Origin: a virus
Taxonomy: Duplodnaviria; Caudoviricetes
Virus record (IMG/VR): IMGVR_UViG_3300033412_000214
Coordinates: 1 to 29,737 of that record
Direction: 5' to 3' (one strand)
DNA: 29,737 nt
Part shown: in pieces, positions 15,618-23,110 of the stretch
How positions within the stretch are numbered: the first letter of the stretch is position 1
How the letters are laid out: the number at the start of each line of letters is the position of its first letter
The notes under the pieces: generated by a model
Database searches by the model: none
Seen by the model: only the letters and a program-made list of their open reading frames with translations
Told to the model about the DNA's origin: nothing
Made by a program: the position numbers and the translations under genes

Positions 15618-16222
15618 TGCCCACCTGGTACGTCACCAACGCCGTGTCACCAACCTACACCACAACTTCCACGGTGTGGACCGATTGTTGGCTGGATAAC
15701 TGCACCAACGGTGCCACCAGCACCAGCACCGGCACCGCCACCTGGTGTTTTTATGGCGGCACAGGTGACCCAACTGGCAGCGTTGTTTGGTACGATGACG
15801 GCCAGCGCTGGATTGCGCTGCCGGTGACGGTTCGCGTTAGCAGGCAGCAGCGCCCTGTCTATCATGTGCCGTTGCAGGAAGCGGCCCAACGCTGGGAACT
15901 GAAGCGCCACACCGACAAAGCCAGACGGCGCGCTGAACGCCTGCTGCTGTCTCACCTAACCGGTGAACAGCGCGCCAGCTTTAAGAAAAATAAATGGTTC
16001 ATCGTGGAAGGCGGGCAGTCCAAACGGCGCTACCGCATTCGCGACCGTGGCAACCTGGTGGCAAACATTGACGTGCTGGACGGTGACGCGGTTGCGCATC
16101 GGCTGTGCGGTCATTGCCGTGCCGGTGACTTGCCGCTGGCTGACCACCTGCTGGCGCAGAAAATGATGCTTGAAATGGCCGAAGACGAATTCCTGAAAAT
16201 TGCAAACAGGCATGCCGCATGA
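15617..16222 (+). CDS. Phage hypothetical protein: Thr-rich N-terminus, C-terminal domain with LCxH
   Basis: RAERLLLSHLT.EQ..SF....WFIVEGG.S.RRYRI...NI..LD......RLCGH.....LP.ADHLLAQKMMLE..EDEFLKIAN. Confidence 0.8.
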   Translation: MPTWYVTNAVSPTYTTTSTVWTDCWLDNCTNGATSTSTGTATWCFYGGTGDPTGSVVWYDDGQRWIALPVTVRVSRQQRPVYHVPLQEAAQRWELKRHTDKARRRAERLLLSHLTGEQRASFKKNKWFIVEGGQSKRRYRIRDRGNLVANIDVLDGDAVAHRLCGHCRAGDLPLADHLLAQKMMLEMAEDEFLKIANRHAA

Positions 16223-16428
16223 CCGTGAAACTGACGCTGCAGGCAAACTTGCCGGATGAAACGCTGGAACCGTTCCTGGAACAGTTGCGGAATTTTGACC
16301 GCGCGCACCCTGGTTGTTTTTTTCGCGCGATGGCCAACGGTGACGGTGACGAAACGGTTGGTGAAATTGTGCGCATGTTGGAACGTGTCGGCATCCCATT
16401 GGTGTTCGCTGCAAAAACCGGAGGATGA
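16219..16428 (+). CDS. Hypothetical protein
   Basis: ATGA-coupled; L..FL..LR.FD..HPGC.F. Confidence 0.7.
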   Translation: MTVKLTLQANLPDETLEPFLEQLRNFDRAHPGCFFRAMANGDGDETVGEIVRMLERVGIPLVFAAKTGG

Positions 16429-16656
16429 TTTTTTGTTTGTGGTCCTCCCATCACACCACCTGCCATTTAACGCTGCGTGTATGATGCAAGCGTGCGTGCG
16501 GTTCTGTCACCCTAACCCCCTGGCAAACACGTCACGCGCTGGTCCGCCGCTGGCAGGGTTGTGGCATGTACCTGGCAGTGGGGACACAAAGCCGCCACCA
16601 GGCATCATGTTGCCCACACTCCCCTGGTGGCGGCACTGTGTTGAAAGCAGCCAGCC

Positions 16657-16914
16657 ATGATTGAAGTTAAAGCAACGCACAATCCTGACGGAACGCTCAC
16701 CATGACAATGGACGTGGAAACCGCCAAATGGATTGCGCAGCAGATGCTATATCGCGCCACCCACTTCGTGGAATGCGCGCAACGCTTCAACAATGCTGGT
16801 GATGGCCCCGCCATGGCAGGTGCGCGTCACCATGCGGAAATGTGCCGGGGTGTTTCTGCCACCATCGGCTTTGCGCTGCGAACGGGGCTAACAGTGACGG
16901 GGCACACAGGATGA
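16657..16914 (+). CDS. Hypothetical protein
   Basis: ATG after a structured leader; coupled to the next ORF. Confidence 0.65.
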   Translation: MIEVKATHNPDGTLTMTMDVETAKWIAQQMLYRATHFVECAQRFNNAGDGPAMAGARHHAEMCRGVSATIGFALRTGLTVTGHTG

Positions 16915-17003
16915 CTGAAGCCATGCGGTGGGCATTTATTTTAATTGCTGTCGGGTTTGTGGTCTGGCTTGGCATGTATCGCGACGTGCAATCATTTTTC
17001 TGA
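16911..17003 (+). CDS. Small single-TM peptide (30 aa, not in ORF track)
   Basis: MTEAMRWAFILIAVGFVVWLGMYRDVQSFF; ATGA overlap. Confidence 0.5.
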   Translation: MTEAMRWAFILIAVGFVVWLGMYRDVQSFF

Positions 17004-17014
17004 CGGAATGTCCA

Positions 17015-17335
17015 ATGCGCCCGTTTTGGATATTGCGGGGCAAAACGCCAGTGGCGGTCAACGATGCTGTGGAATGGGCAGGCTGGTTTAAAACCGCTGA
17101 CCGCACCGTTGCCAAAACGAAAGTTGGCGATGCCACAGTTAGCACCGTTTTCCTTGGCTTGGATCACGGCTTTTCTGGCCGCGTGCTGTTGTTTGAAACA
17201 ATGGTTTTTGGCGGCGAGCATGACGGTGATTGCACGCGCGCGGCCACCTGGGAGGAAGCGGAACGCCAGCACGCGCACATGGTGAACGTGGTGCGCGGCA
17301 TCACCTTTAAAGTTTATAGCGGTGGCAAATCATGA
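17015..17335 (+). CDS. Conserved phage hypothetical protein
   Basis: W..WF...DR.VA.T......VSTVFLGLDH.F.....LFETMVFGG..D....R..TWEEA...H. Confidence 0.8.
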   Translation: MRPFWILRGKTPVAVNDAVEWAGWFKTADRTVAKTKVGDATVSTVFLGLDHGFSGRVLLFETMVFGGEHDGDCTRAATWEEAERQHAHMVNVVRGITFKVYSGGKS

Positions 17336-17547
17336 CTGATCGCATATCCTATTTGACGGTTGCGCTGCAGATTGACTATCGCACCGATGATGTTGACACC
17401 CTGGTGGACGCAATCAAACACCTGCGTGGCGTTGCCGATGTGATGAAGGGTCAGCCGGTCAGCCCTGACGATTGGACCACGCGCGTGCGGACCCGCAGAG
17501 AAATCATGGCTGGCGTTATGCAGCAGATAGACCGCAACGAAAAATAA
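17332..17547 (+). CDS. Hypothetical protein
   Basis: MTDR...LTV.L..D.R.DD...L.DAIK.LRGV.DV; coupled start. Confidence 0.75.
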   Translation: MTDRISYLTVALQIDYRTDDVDTLVDAIKHLRGVADVMKGQPVSPDDWTTRVRTRREIMAGVMQQIDRNEK

Positions 17548-17550
17548 GGA

Positions 17551-17853
17551 ATGGCAAAAATGAAAGCCGGGGCGCTAAAATTAGCTGCGGCTCAGGATGC
17601 AGCGGTAGTGTGCCCCCATTGCAAAACGGCAATGGATGCTGCCAGCGGTGTGGTTGACAAGCACGCAAGGCATACACCAAAACCAAAACCAAATGACTTT
17701 ACGATCTGCATTGAGTGCGGTGGCCTTGCTGCCTTCACTGAAACGCTTTCATTGCGCCCGCTGACAAACGTGGAGCAAGCAAAAGCAGACGCTGACCCCA
17801 GGATTAAGCGCACGCTGGAAGCTTTTTGGGTAATGCGTGGCAGGGCACATTGA
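17551..17853 (+). CDS. Zn-ribbon hypothetical protein
   Basis: CPHC...MDAAS ... PKPNDFTICIECG. Confidence 0.7.
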   Translation: MAKMKAGALKLAAAQDAAVVCPHCKTAMDAASGVVDKHARHTPKPKPNDFTICIECGGLAAFTETLSLRPLTNVEQAKADADPRIKRTLEAFWVMRGRAH

Positions 17854-18095
17854 AACGTCACGCTAGCAGTCGCCGCATCGAAATTGTAAGGCGCACTGAG
17901 CAACACCCGAACCCGCGCGCCTTGCGCGATAGTCTAGGCATGACAGCCAAACAATTTGCTGACACCTATGGAATTGCGGTTGGCACCGTGCGCGATTGGG
18001 ATTGTGGCCGGTATCGGCCAGACCGCACTGCGTGTGCCTATCTACGGCGCATTGCTCGCTGGCCTGACTTAATGCGCGAAGAAAAATTGCGATGA
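17850..18095 (+). CDS. XRE HTH protein, HigA/MqsA antitoxin-like
   Basis: RALRDSLGMT.KQFA.TYGI.VGTVRDWD.GR.RPD.TA.AYLR.IA..PD. Confidence 0.75.
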   Translation: MKRHASSRRIEIVRRTEQHPNPRALRDSLGMTAKQFADTYGIAVGTVRDWDCGRYRPDRTACAYLRRIARWPDLMREEKLR

Positions 18096-18325
18096 CCAAA
18101 AATATCAAAGACATTTTGGACAAAATCAAAGTCATCAGTGACGCTGAAGCTGAACAGGTTGACTTCGTGGTGTGCGTGCCAGCCAGCACGCCATCACATT
18201 TTGATGATGACCTGTTTGGTTTTTGCTCACACTGCGGTGTAAAGGTGCGCTATCGCTGGCACGCGCCACGCAAGCCAAAAAAGATTTGTTTGGAATGCGC
18301 GGTGAAGACCATGCCCGAAAAATAA
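18092..18325 (+). CDS. Zn-finger hypothetical protein
   Basis: VVC...CSHCG..V..R.HAP.KP.KICLECA. Confidence 0.7.
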   Translation: MTKNIKDILDKIKVISDAEAEQVDFVVCVPASTPSHFDDDLFGFCSHCGVKVRYRWHAPRKPKKICLECAVKTMPEK

Positions 18326-18584
18326 TTTTTCTGAAATTCAAAGCCTGTGCCGCAATGACTTCCGCAAATTATTTTTCCGAAAACGTTTCAGTTGTGCCTG
18401 CGCCATCGGTGTCAAGTTTTGCAAATTTAAAAATTTGTGATTGCGGCGCAGTGACTTTTGAAACGCAAAACCAGCGAAACGCAAAAATCAGGAAACCCGT
18501 TTGCTAAGCTGTTGCCGTTGATTGAAACAAAAGCCCCACCTGGGGGACTAGCCAAGGTGGGGCCAACAGAACGGAGTTCAAACG

Positions 18585-19067
18585 GTGAAGCGCAACATTA
18601 CACTGGAACTGACAAAACTGGAAGGTGATTTGCGGCGATGGAACACTCGCCTGGTGCGGGCCGTCAATGCCATCCAGAAACTGGAACAACGCAAGCGCAG
18701 GCTGCTGAAGCAAACAGCAGTGGCGCGGATGACTGCACCACCAGGGCAGATGACGCCAAACCAGGTGGAAGCCATCGCAGGCGTGGCACAGGCGGTGGAT
18801 GACCAGCTTGGTAAGGTGGCGTCACCAGGTGTGGAAACTGACCACATCAGTGACCTGGACCTGCCTGCGTTCCTAGATCGGCGCAACCCTGACGGCATCC
18901 GCAAGGCTGCCAGGGAAATGCAGGAAAAGGCTGACGCGCAACTGGTGGACAAGTTGAAGGCAAAACGCGCCAGCCAGGTGGAAGCGGATAAGCACAAAAT
19001 GCCACTGACCGGCAAAGCCGCGATTGACTATCTGAAGGTCACGCCAAAGCGCAAAGCCAAGGGCTGA
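18585..19067 (+). CDS. Hypothetical coiled-coil protein
   Basis: GGAG RBS and GTG start; N-terminal coiled coil; DLDLPAFLDRR motif. Confidence 0.75.
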   Translation: MKRNITLELTKLEGDLRRWNTRLVRAVNAIQKLEQRKRRLLKQTAVARMTAPPGQMTPNQVEAIAGVAQAVDDQLGKVASPGVETDHISDLDLPAFLDRRNPDGIRKAAREMQEKADAQLVDKLKAKRASQVEADKHKMPLTGKAAIDYLKVTPKRKAKG

Positions 19068-19082
19068 CACCACACAAACGAA

Positions 19083-19110
19083 AGCCGCGCCCCAGGCCAG
19101 GGGCGCGGCT
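19083..19110 (-). terminator. Intrinsic terminator between convergent early and late transcripts
   Basis: 11-bp stem AGCCGCGCCCC/GGGGCGCGGCT, 6-nt loop, followed by TTCGTTT on the minus strand. Confidence 0.75.
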
Positions 19111-19116
19111 GTCCAA

Positions 19117-19215
19117 TCAGCCCAAAAATCCAATCAGCCACCAGGGCAGCAGCATCAGCAGCGTGGCCCCGATGATGGCCGTGGCTGCCAGGGCAGCAGC
19201 CTGCCAGACCGTCAA
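19117..19215 (-). CDS. Small hydrophobic peptide (32 aa, not in ORF track)
   Basis: MTVWQAAALAATAIIGATLLMLLPWWLIGFLG; TTG start overlaps the peptidase stop. Confidence 0.4.
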   Translation of the reverse strand: MTVWQAAALAATAIIGATLLMLLPWWLIGFLG

Positions 19216-19748
19216 TAAAATTGGGTCAACCTGTCAGCGGGCATAGATGCCTGCGCTGTCCCCGCCCTGCGGTGGTGCCTGCTGCGCGCGCTCGCAACCA
19301 AGGTGGTGCCGGGTGCATCGTAGTGCCGCCGACGCATCAGCGGCTGGCCATCATCTACGTGGCCACAGTCCCTGAAGCTGCACCCGTCGCGCAGGCCATG
19401 CGCGGTTGCCATCGCCGTAGCGTGGTACATCGCGCGGGCTGTGCCGTTGCGCCTATGCTGGTCAATGTCGCATGCGTTGCCGCTGTAGTGTCTGGACCCA
19501 TGCACGTGACCGCCGCGCGCGTAGCACCGGATTGATTTTGGTGTGTAGCCACTCGCCACCAGGTCAGCAATGAATGCTGTGACTTTGGGCGCGAATGAAC
19601 TGGACACTGTGATTGGAATGCCCGCTGCGGTTTGCACCGTGACCATTCCAGGATTTCCATTTGCGTCTTGGACCTGATGACGATGCCGCGCGAAAGCAGC
19701 ACCACTCATGACCACAAGCGCCAACGCAATCACAACCGCCGCTTTCAT
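19212..19748 (-). CDS. Secreted M15/Hedgehog-DD-peptidase-like Zn peptidase
   Basis: Signal peptide MKAAVVIALALVVMSGAAFA; R....SRHYSGNACDID ... DCGHVD (H-x6-D...H). Confidence 0.75.
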   Translation of the reverse strand: MKAAVVIALALVVMSGAAFARHRHQVQDANGNPGMVTVQTAAGIPITVSSSFAPKVTAFIADLVASGYTPKSIRCYARGGHVHGSRHYSGNACDIDQHRRNGTARAMYHATAMATAHGLRDGCSFRDCGHVDDGQPLMRRRHYDAPGTTLVASARSRHHRRAGTAQASMPADRLTQFY

Positions 19749-19812
19749 GCTGGTCCCCTGTTTTCAGTTGGATGGAAACGCTAGCGCACACGCCGCGTGA
19801 AAGAGTGGCAAA

Positions 19813-20151
19813 TTAGTAGGACCGCTTACTTTCTCGGATCATGTTGCCACGAATGTCCCGCAGCACTTCCTGGATGCGTTCGGTGCGCGTCAGCGTGTCG
19901 CGATTGCCGCGCCTAGCTTCTTCCAGGATTTCTTTACTGGTGCGGTCAATGTTTTCCAGCAGACGCAGCGCTGACACCAGCGGCCCGTCAAAATACATTT
20001 GCGCCTGACGGATGTGCGGTTCCTCTTCTTCACGCTTGTTTTTGCCGCCACGCATCATCGCGACAAATGCGCTGGCAACGATGACAGCCGCCAGCGCCGC
20101 CTGAACCAAAACGAAAGGCCCCAGGTTAGGTATGGTTATTGGGTCTGGCAT
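19813..20151 (-). CDS. Single-TM plus coiled-coil lysis-cassette membrane protein (holin/antiholin-like)
   Basis: TM FVLVQAALAAVIVASAFVAMM then a charged helical domain; located in the lysis cassette. Confidence 0.6.
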   Translation of the reverse strand: MPDPITIPNLGPFVLVQAALAAVIVASAFVAMMRGGKNKREEEEPHIRQAQMYFDGPLVSALRLLENIDRTSKEILEEARRGNRDTLTRTERIQEVLRDIRGNMIRESKRSY

Positions 20152-20551
20152 CGGTGGCGGCACGGTAGCATGAAACCAACTCACCAAAGGTCAGAAATAA
20201 ATAAACCGGCACACCGATTGATAAATAATTTTGCTGCGCTGACCACGCCACCAGCGCCAGCATCATTTGCGACCACAGCGCAGCGCTGAACAGCGCAGAA
20301 GCGGCGCGCGCGCGCGGTCCCCAAACCGGATAGACACCATTCGCAATAAGCGCCGCCACCCGAAGGCAGCCCACGAATGTGAAAAGCACAGCCAGCACTG
20401 GCGCGGTCAGACCAATGCGGGCCATCAAATAAAATCCGCCAGCCTTAACGGTCTGCGGATTTATCGCGATGACAACCGCCATGCCAAGCATCATCAGCGA
20501 TGTCATCCATTCAAACAGCCTGCCGCTTTTGACAACCTGGTTGACCGTCAT
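20126..20551 (-). CDS. Four-TM membrane protein, holin candidate
   Basis: Four hydrophobic segments from MTVNQVV; ATGA-coupled to the o-spanin candidate. Confidence 0.6.
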   Translation of the reverse strand: MTVNQVVKSGRLFEWMTSLMMLGMAVVIAINPQTVKAGGFYLMARIGLTAPVLAVLFTFVGCLRVAALIANGVYPVWGPRARAASALFSAALWSQMMLALVAWSAQQNYLSIGVPVYLFLTFGELVSCYRAATDARPNNHT

Positions 20552-20757
20552 CGCGGAACGCTTGCGCCTCTGCATGCACGCGCCTTGTCGCGCAGCTTCA
20601 GATAGTCCGCCATAGCGGCCTTTATACTTGGCCCAGCCGTCTTTAATTCCTGCGACAATTGCGCTTGCTGCGCGCGGGTGTATGTCTTTTCTATCGGGCA
20701 ACCGCGCTTATCAAAAGTTGCCGTCGCGCAACCGCTTGTCAACAGTGCCAGGGTCAT
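20548..20757 (-). CDS. o-spanin (Rz1-like lipoprotein)
   Basis: Lipobox LLTSG-C; overlaps the 3' end of the i-spanin candidate in another frame; DY..LRDKARAC. The true start may be further upstream. Confidence 0.65.
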   Translation of the reverse strand: MTLALLTSGCATATFDKRGCPIEKTYTRAQQAQLSQELKTAGPSIKAAMADYLKLRDKARACRGASVPR

Positions 20758-21007
20758 CAGGCCTATTGTCGATGCGGTCAAATTCTTTTTTGTTTTTTTC
20801 AACTGCGGCATCACGTTTTGCTCTATCTCTTTTCTCAGCATCGCGCACACCTTTTGCATAAATGCCCATGACAGAAATCAGCAGAATGCCGATTTCAATG
20901 CACAGCTTTCGGAACGGTGGAAGAAAATAAGCAACGGCACCCAGGGCTATCAGCCCGATGCCACCAATCGTTAGCCAGCCCCACACGCTATTGATTAGGT
21001 GCCACAT
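20711..21007 (-). CDS. i-spanin (Rz-like)
   Basis: N-terminal TM segments, YAKG.RD, charged helix, C-terminal DKRLRDGNF; directly after the endolysin. Confidence 0.6.
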   Translation of the reverse strand: MWHLINSVWGWLTIGGIGLIALGAVAYFLPPFRKLCIEIGILLISVMGIYAKGVRDAEKRDRAKRDAAVEKNKKEFDRIDNRPDDPGTVDKRLRDGNF

Positions 21008-21010
21008 GGT

Positions 21011-21925
21011 TCAATCATCCTCTGCCAAGTGTTCAACCAGCTTGGTCAATTGCAGGCGACCGGTCAGCGTCAAATACAATCCAACAGAGGCAATAAGAAT
21101 GACAAAGACAAAAGCTGCCAGCGCATATGGGTTGCTTAGGTACTGAAAAATAGAAAACAGCGACGTGCCAGCGGAAGCCACCCACGTCAACACGGCACCC
21201 ACCACAGTCCTTGATTGGCTTGCTGGATTGGTCAGGCCACCGCTGGTGGTGTCGTCAGCGCGCGGTGACAGCGGCGGCGGCACATTTTTTGGTGGTGGCG
21301 GCGGCGGTGGGGGTGGCGGTGCTTCAACAACTTCAAAACAGGCCTCTGGGTCCAGCGCCATCAATTGTTTCAGAACAGCCATGCCGCCAATCTGTGGGTC
21401 TATTGTGTGCGCATCATAGTGACCGTCACTGATAAACTTTCCTGGCTGTTGAACCGATGTGCCGCCCCACAAATACGGTGACGGGATGTCGCGCGTTGGG
21501 TTGCGATAGCCAAAGCCATTAAACTTTTCCATCGCATAGGCGCAGCGCTCCGGTCCCCAATCTTTGATTTGGTCCAGGTGTTCAATCGTCACCAGCGCGT
21601 CATAGGCACCCTCTTCAAAGGTGCAGTTGGGATTGATAGGCCGATTTTTTGGCACGTGTACGGTCTTAACCGGCTTCCCCTTTTTGTCGCGCATCGGGTC
21701 GCCGTTGTGCATCCAGGTATTAAAGTCGCCGTTGCTTTCGCGCATGTGCAGGCAGCCGACAACAAACCAAGGCACCGTGGTGGTGCCTTCAATGTTTTTG
21801 TAACGCTTTTTATTTTTGATGATTTGCTGCGCTTGCTGATTGGCAGCAGCGACTTTCACCACGGTCATCTTTGACCACAGTTTTGTATAGTCGTCTTTTA
21901 CATGCTCAAAAGAATATTGTGCCAT
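21011..21925 (-). CDS. Endolysin, lysozyme-like family, with poly-Pro linker and C-terminal TM helices
   Basis: VPWFVVG.LHMRES..DF....HNGDP, E.FNGFGY....PSPYLWGGT....GKF.SDG.YD....DPQ.G; then a Pro-rich linker and two hydrophobic helices. Confidence 0.85.
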   Translation of the reverse strand: MAQYSFEHVKDDYTKLWSKMTVVKVAAANQQAQQIIKNKKRYKNIEGTTTVPWFVVGCLHMRESNGDFNTWMHNGDPMRDKKGKPVKTVHVPKNRPINPNCTFEEGAYDALVTIEHLDQIKDWGPERCAYAMEKFNGFGYRNPTRDIPSPYLWGGTSVQQPGKFISDGHYDAHTIDPQIGGMAVLKQLMALDPEACFEVVEAPPPPPPPPPPKNVPPPLSPRADDTTSGGLTNPASQSRTVVGAVLTWVASAGTSLFSIFQYLSNPYALAAFVFVILIASVGLYLTLTGRLQLTKLVEHLAEDD

Positions 21926-21928
21926 CCA

Positions 21929-23110
21929 TCAATTCCAAACCATCCACCAGCCACCCTTTGGGCTGTAGCTGACAATCAGAATTCCCTGCGCGCCGTTGCC
22001 GCCTGCGCCAGCAGTTGTGAATGCGCCACCGCCGCCGCCTGCGCCGCCGTAGTTGCCCGCCGCTGCGCCGCTGCCTGGAAAACTCGCCCCGCCGCCACCA
22101 CCACCGGAACCGTGTGTGGCGTCGTACTCGGTGCCAGCGCCACCTGCGCCGCCGTTTGATGATGTGGAATTGTCCCAACCACCACCACCACCACCGCCGC
22201 CATTCGTGCCTGGTGAACCGCTGATGCCACCGCCACTGCCGCCTGCGCCACTACCGGTGCCGCCAGCGTTATTGCCGCCAGCGCCGCCTTGTGCGCCAGC
22301 CGCGCCGTTAGCACCTGCGGACCCACCGCCGTTGCCGCCACCGCCGCCGCCAGCGTTGACGCCATTACCGCCAGCACCGCCGTTGCCAAGCGCGCTGGCA
22401 CCGCCACCGCCACCGGCACCGGCCTGACCGCCGCGCTGGCCACCCGCACCGCCTGAATTTTTTGTGGTCCCAATGCCGCTGCCAGAAGCGCCACCGGCTG
22501 CATTCGTGCCGGTGCTGGAAAGACCACCCGCACCGCCCTGTGCGCCTACCGATGACCCGGCAAGGTTTGCGCCGTTGAAATAGGTGTTGCCACCAGTGCC
22601 GCCCGAACCGCCGCTGCTGTTGCCGCCAGCGCCACCTGTGCCGATGTTGATGGCCAGGACGCCACCAGGCGTTAGCGCAAGGTTATTTATTCTGGAAAAA
22701 CCGCCGCCACCGCCGCCGCCGCCGCCGCCAACAGACCCGGTGCCACCAGCACCACCGCCACCGCCACCGATGCAATCAATGTTGTTGAAACTGTTTTCCC
22801 AATCGCTGGGGACCGTGTACGTGGTGGTGGCTGTGTTGGTGATGTAGGTGACGGTTGCAAACTCATAGGTCAAACCATCGCCCAGGTCAGGACGCCAGCC
22901 TGGCGTTGGCAGCCGCCATAACTCGCGTTCATAAATCAGCGAACCGCTGAACAGCGCAAAAAGAAATGCATCAGCATCGCCACGGTCATCGAACCAGCCG
23001 CGCCATTTTATGTAGCCGTCGCTCAGGCGCGCAGTAAGACGAAAGCGCGTCAGCGGACCAGGCTGCGACGGTGACCACTGTGATTTTGGAATTTGCGGCA
23101 GAACAATCAT
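21929..23110 (-). CDS. Glycine-rich tail fibre/adhesin protein
   Basis: YTVPSDW....IDCIGGGGGG, GGGGGF, long poly-Gly repeats, C-terminal G.QGILIVSY. Confidence 0.75.
   Translation of the reverse strand: MIVLPQIPKSQWSPSQPGPLTRFRLTARLSDGYIKWRGWFDDRGDADAFLFALFSGSLIYERELWRLPTPGWRPDLGDGLTYEFATVTYITNTATTTYTVPSDWENSFNNIDCIGGGGGGAGGTGSVGGGGGGGGGGFSRINNLALTPGGVLAINIGTGGAGGNSSGGSGGTGGNTYFNGANLAGSSVGAQGGAGGLSSTGTNAAGGASGSGIGTTKNSGGAGGQRGGQAGAGGGGGASALGNGGAGGNGVNAGGGGGGNGGGSAGANGAAGAQGGAGGNNAGGTGSGAGGSGGGISGSPGTNGGGGGGGGWDNSTSSNGGAGGAGTEYDATHGSGGGGGGASFPGSGAAAGNYGGAGGGGGAFTTAGAGGNGAQGILIVSYSPKGGWWMVWN

Noticed and set aside
14607-16428. A complete E1-E2-JAB ubiquitination operon or a ThiS/MoaD sulfur-relay pathway
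   Set aside because: No ThiF/E1 GxGxxG domain, JAB HxH motif or biosynthetic enzyme is present; only the Ubl-like gene and a speculative partner are supported.
22020-22780. Dense (CCG/CCA)n repeats as a CRISPR array, VNTR or DGR variable region
   Set aside because: They are Gly codons of the Gly-rich fibre; there is no repeat-spacer periodicity, no reverse transcriptase and no template/variable repeat pair.
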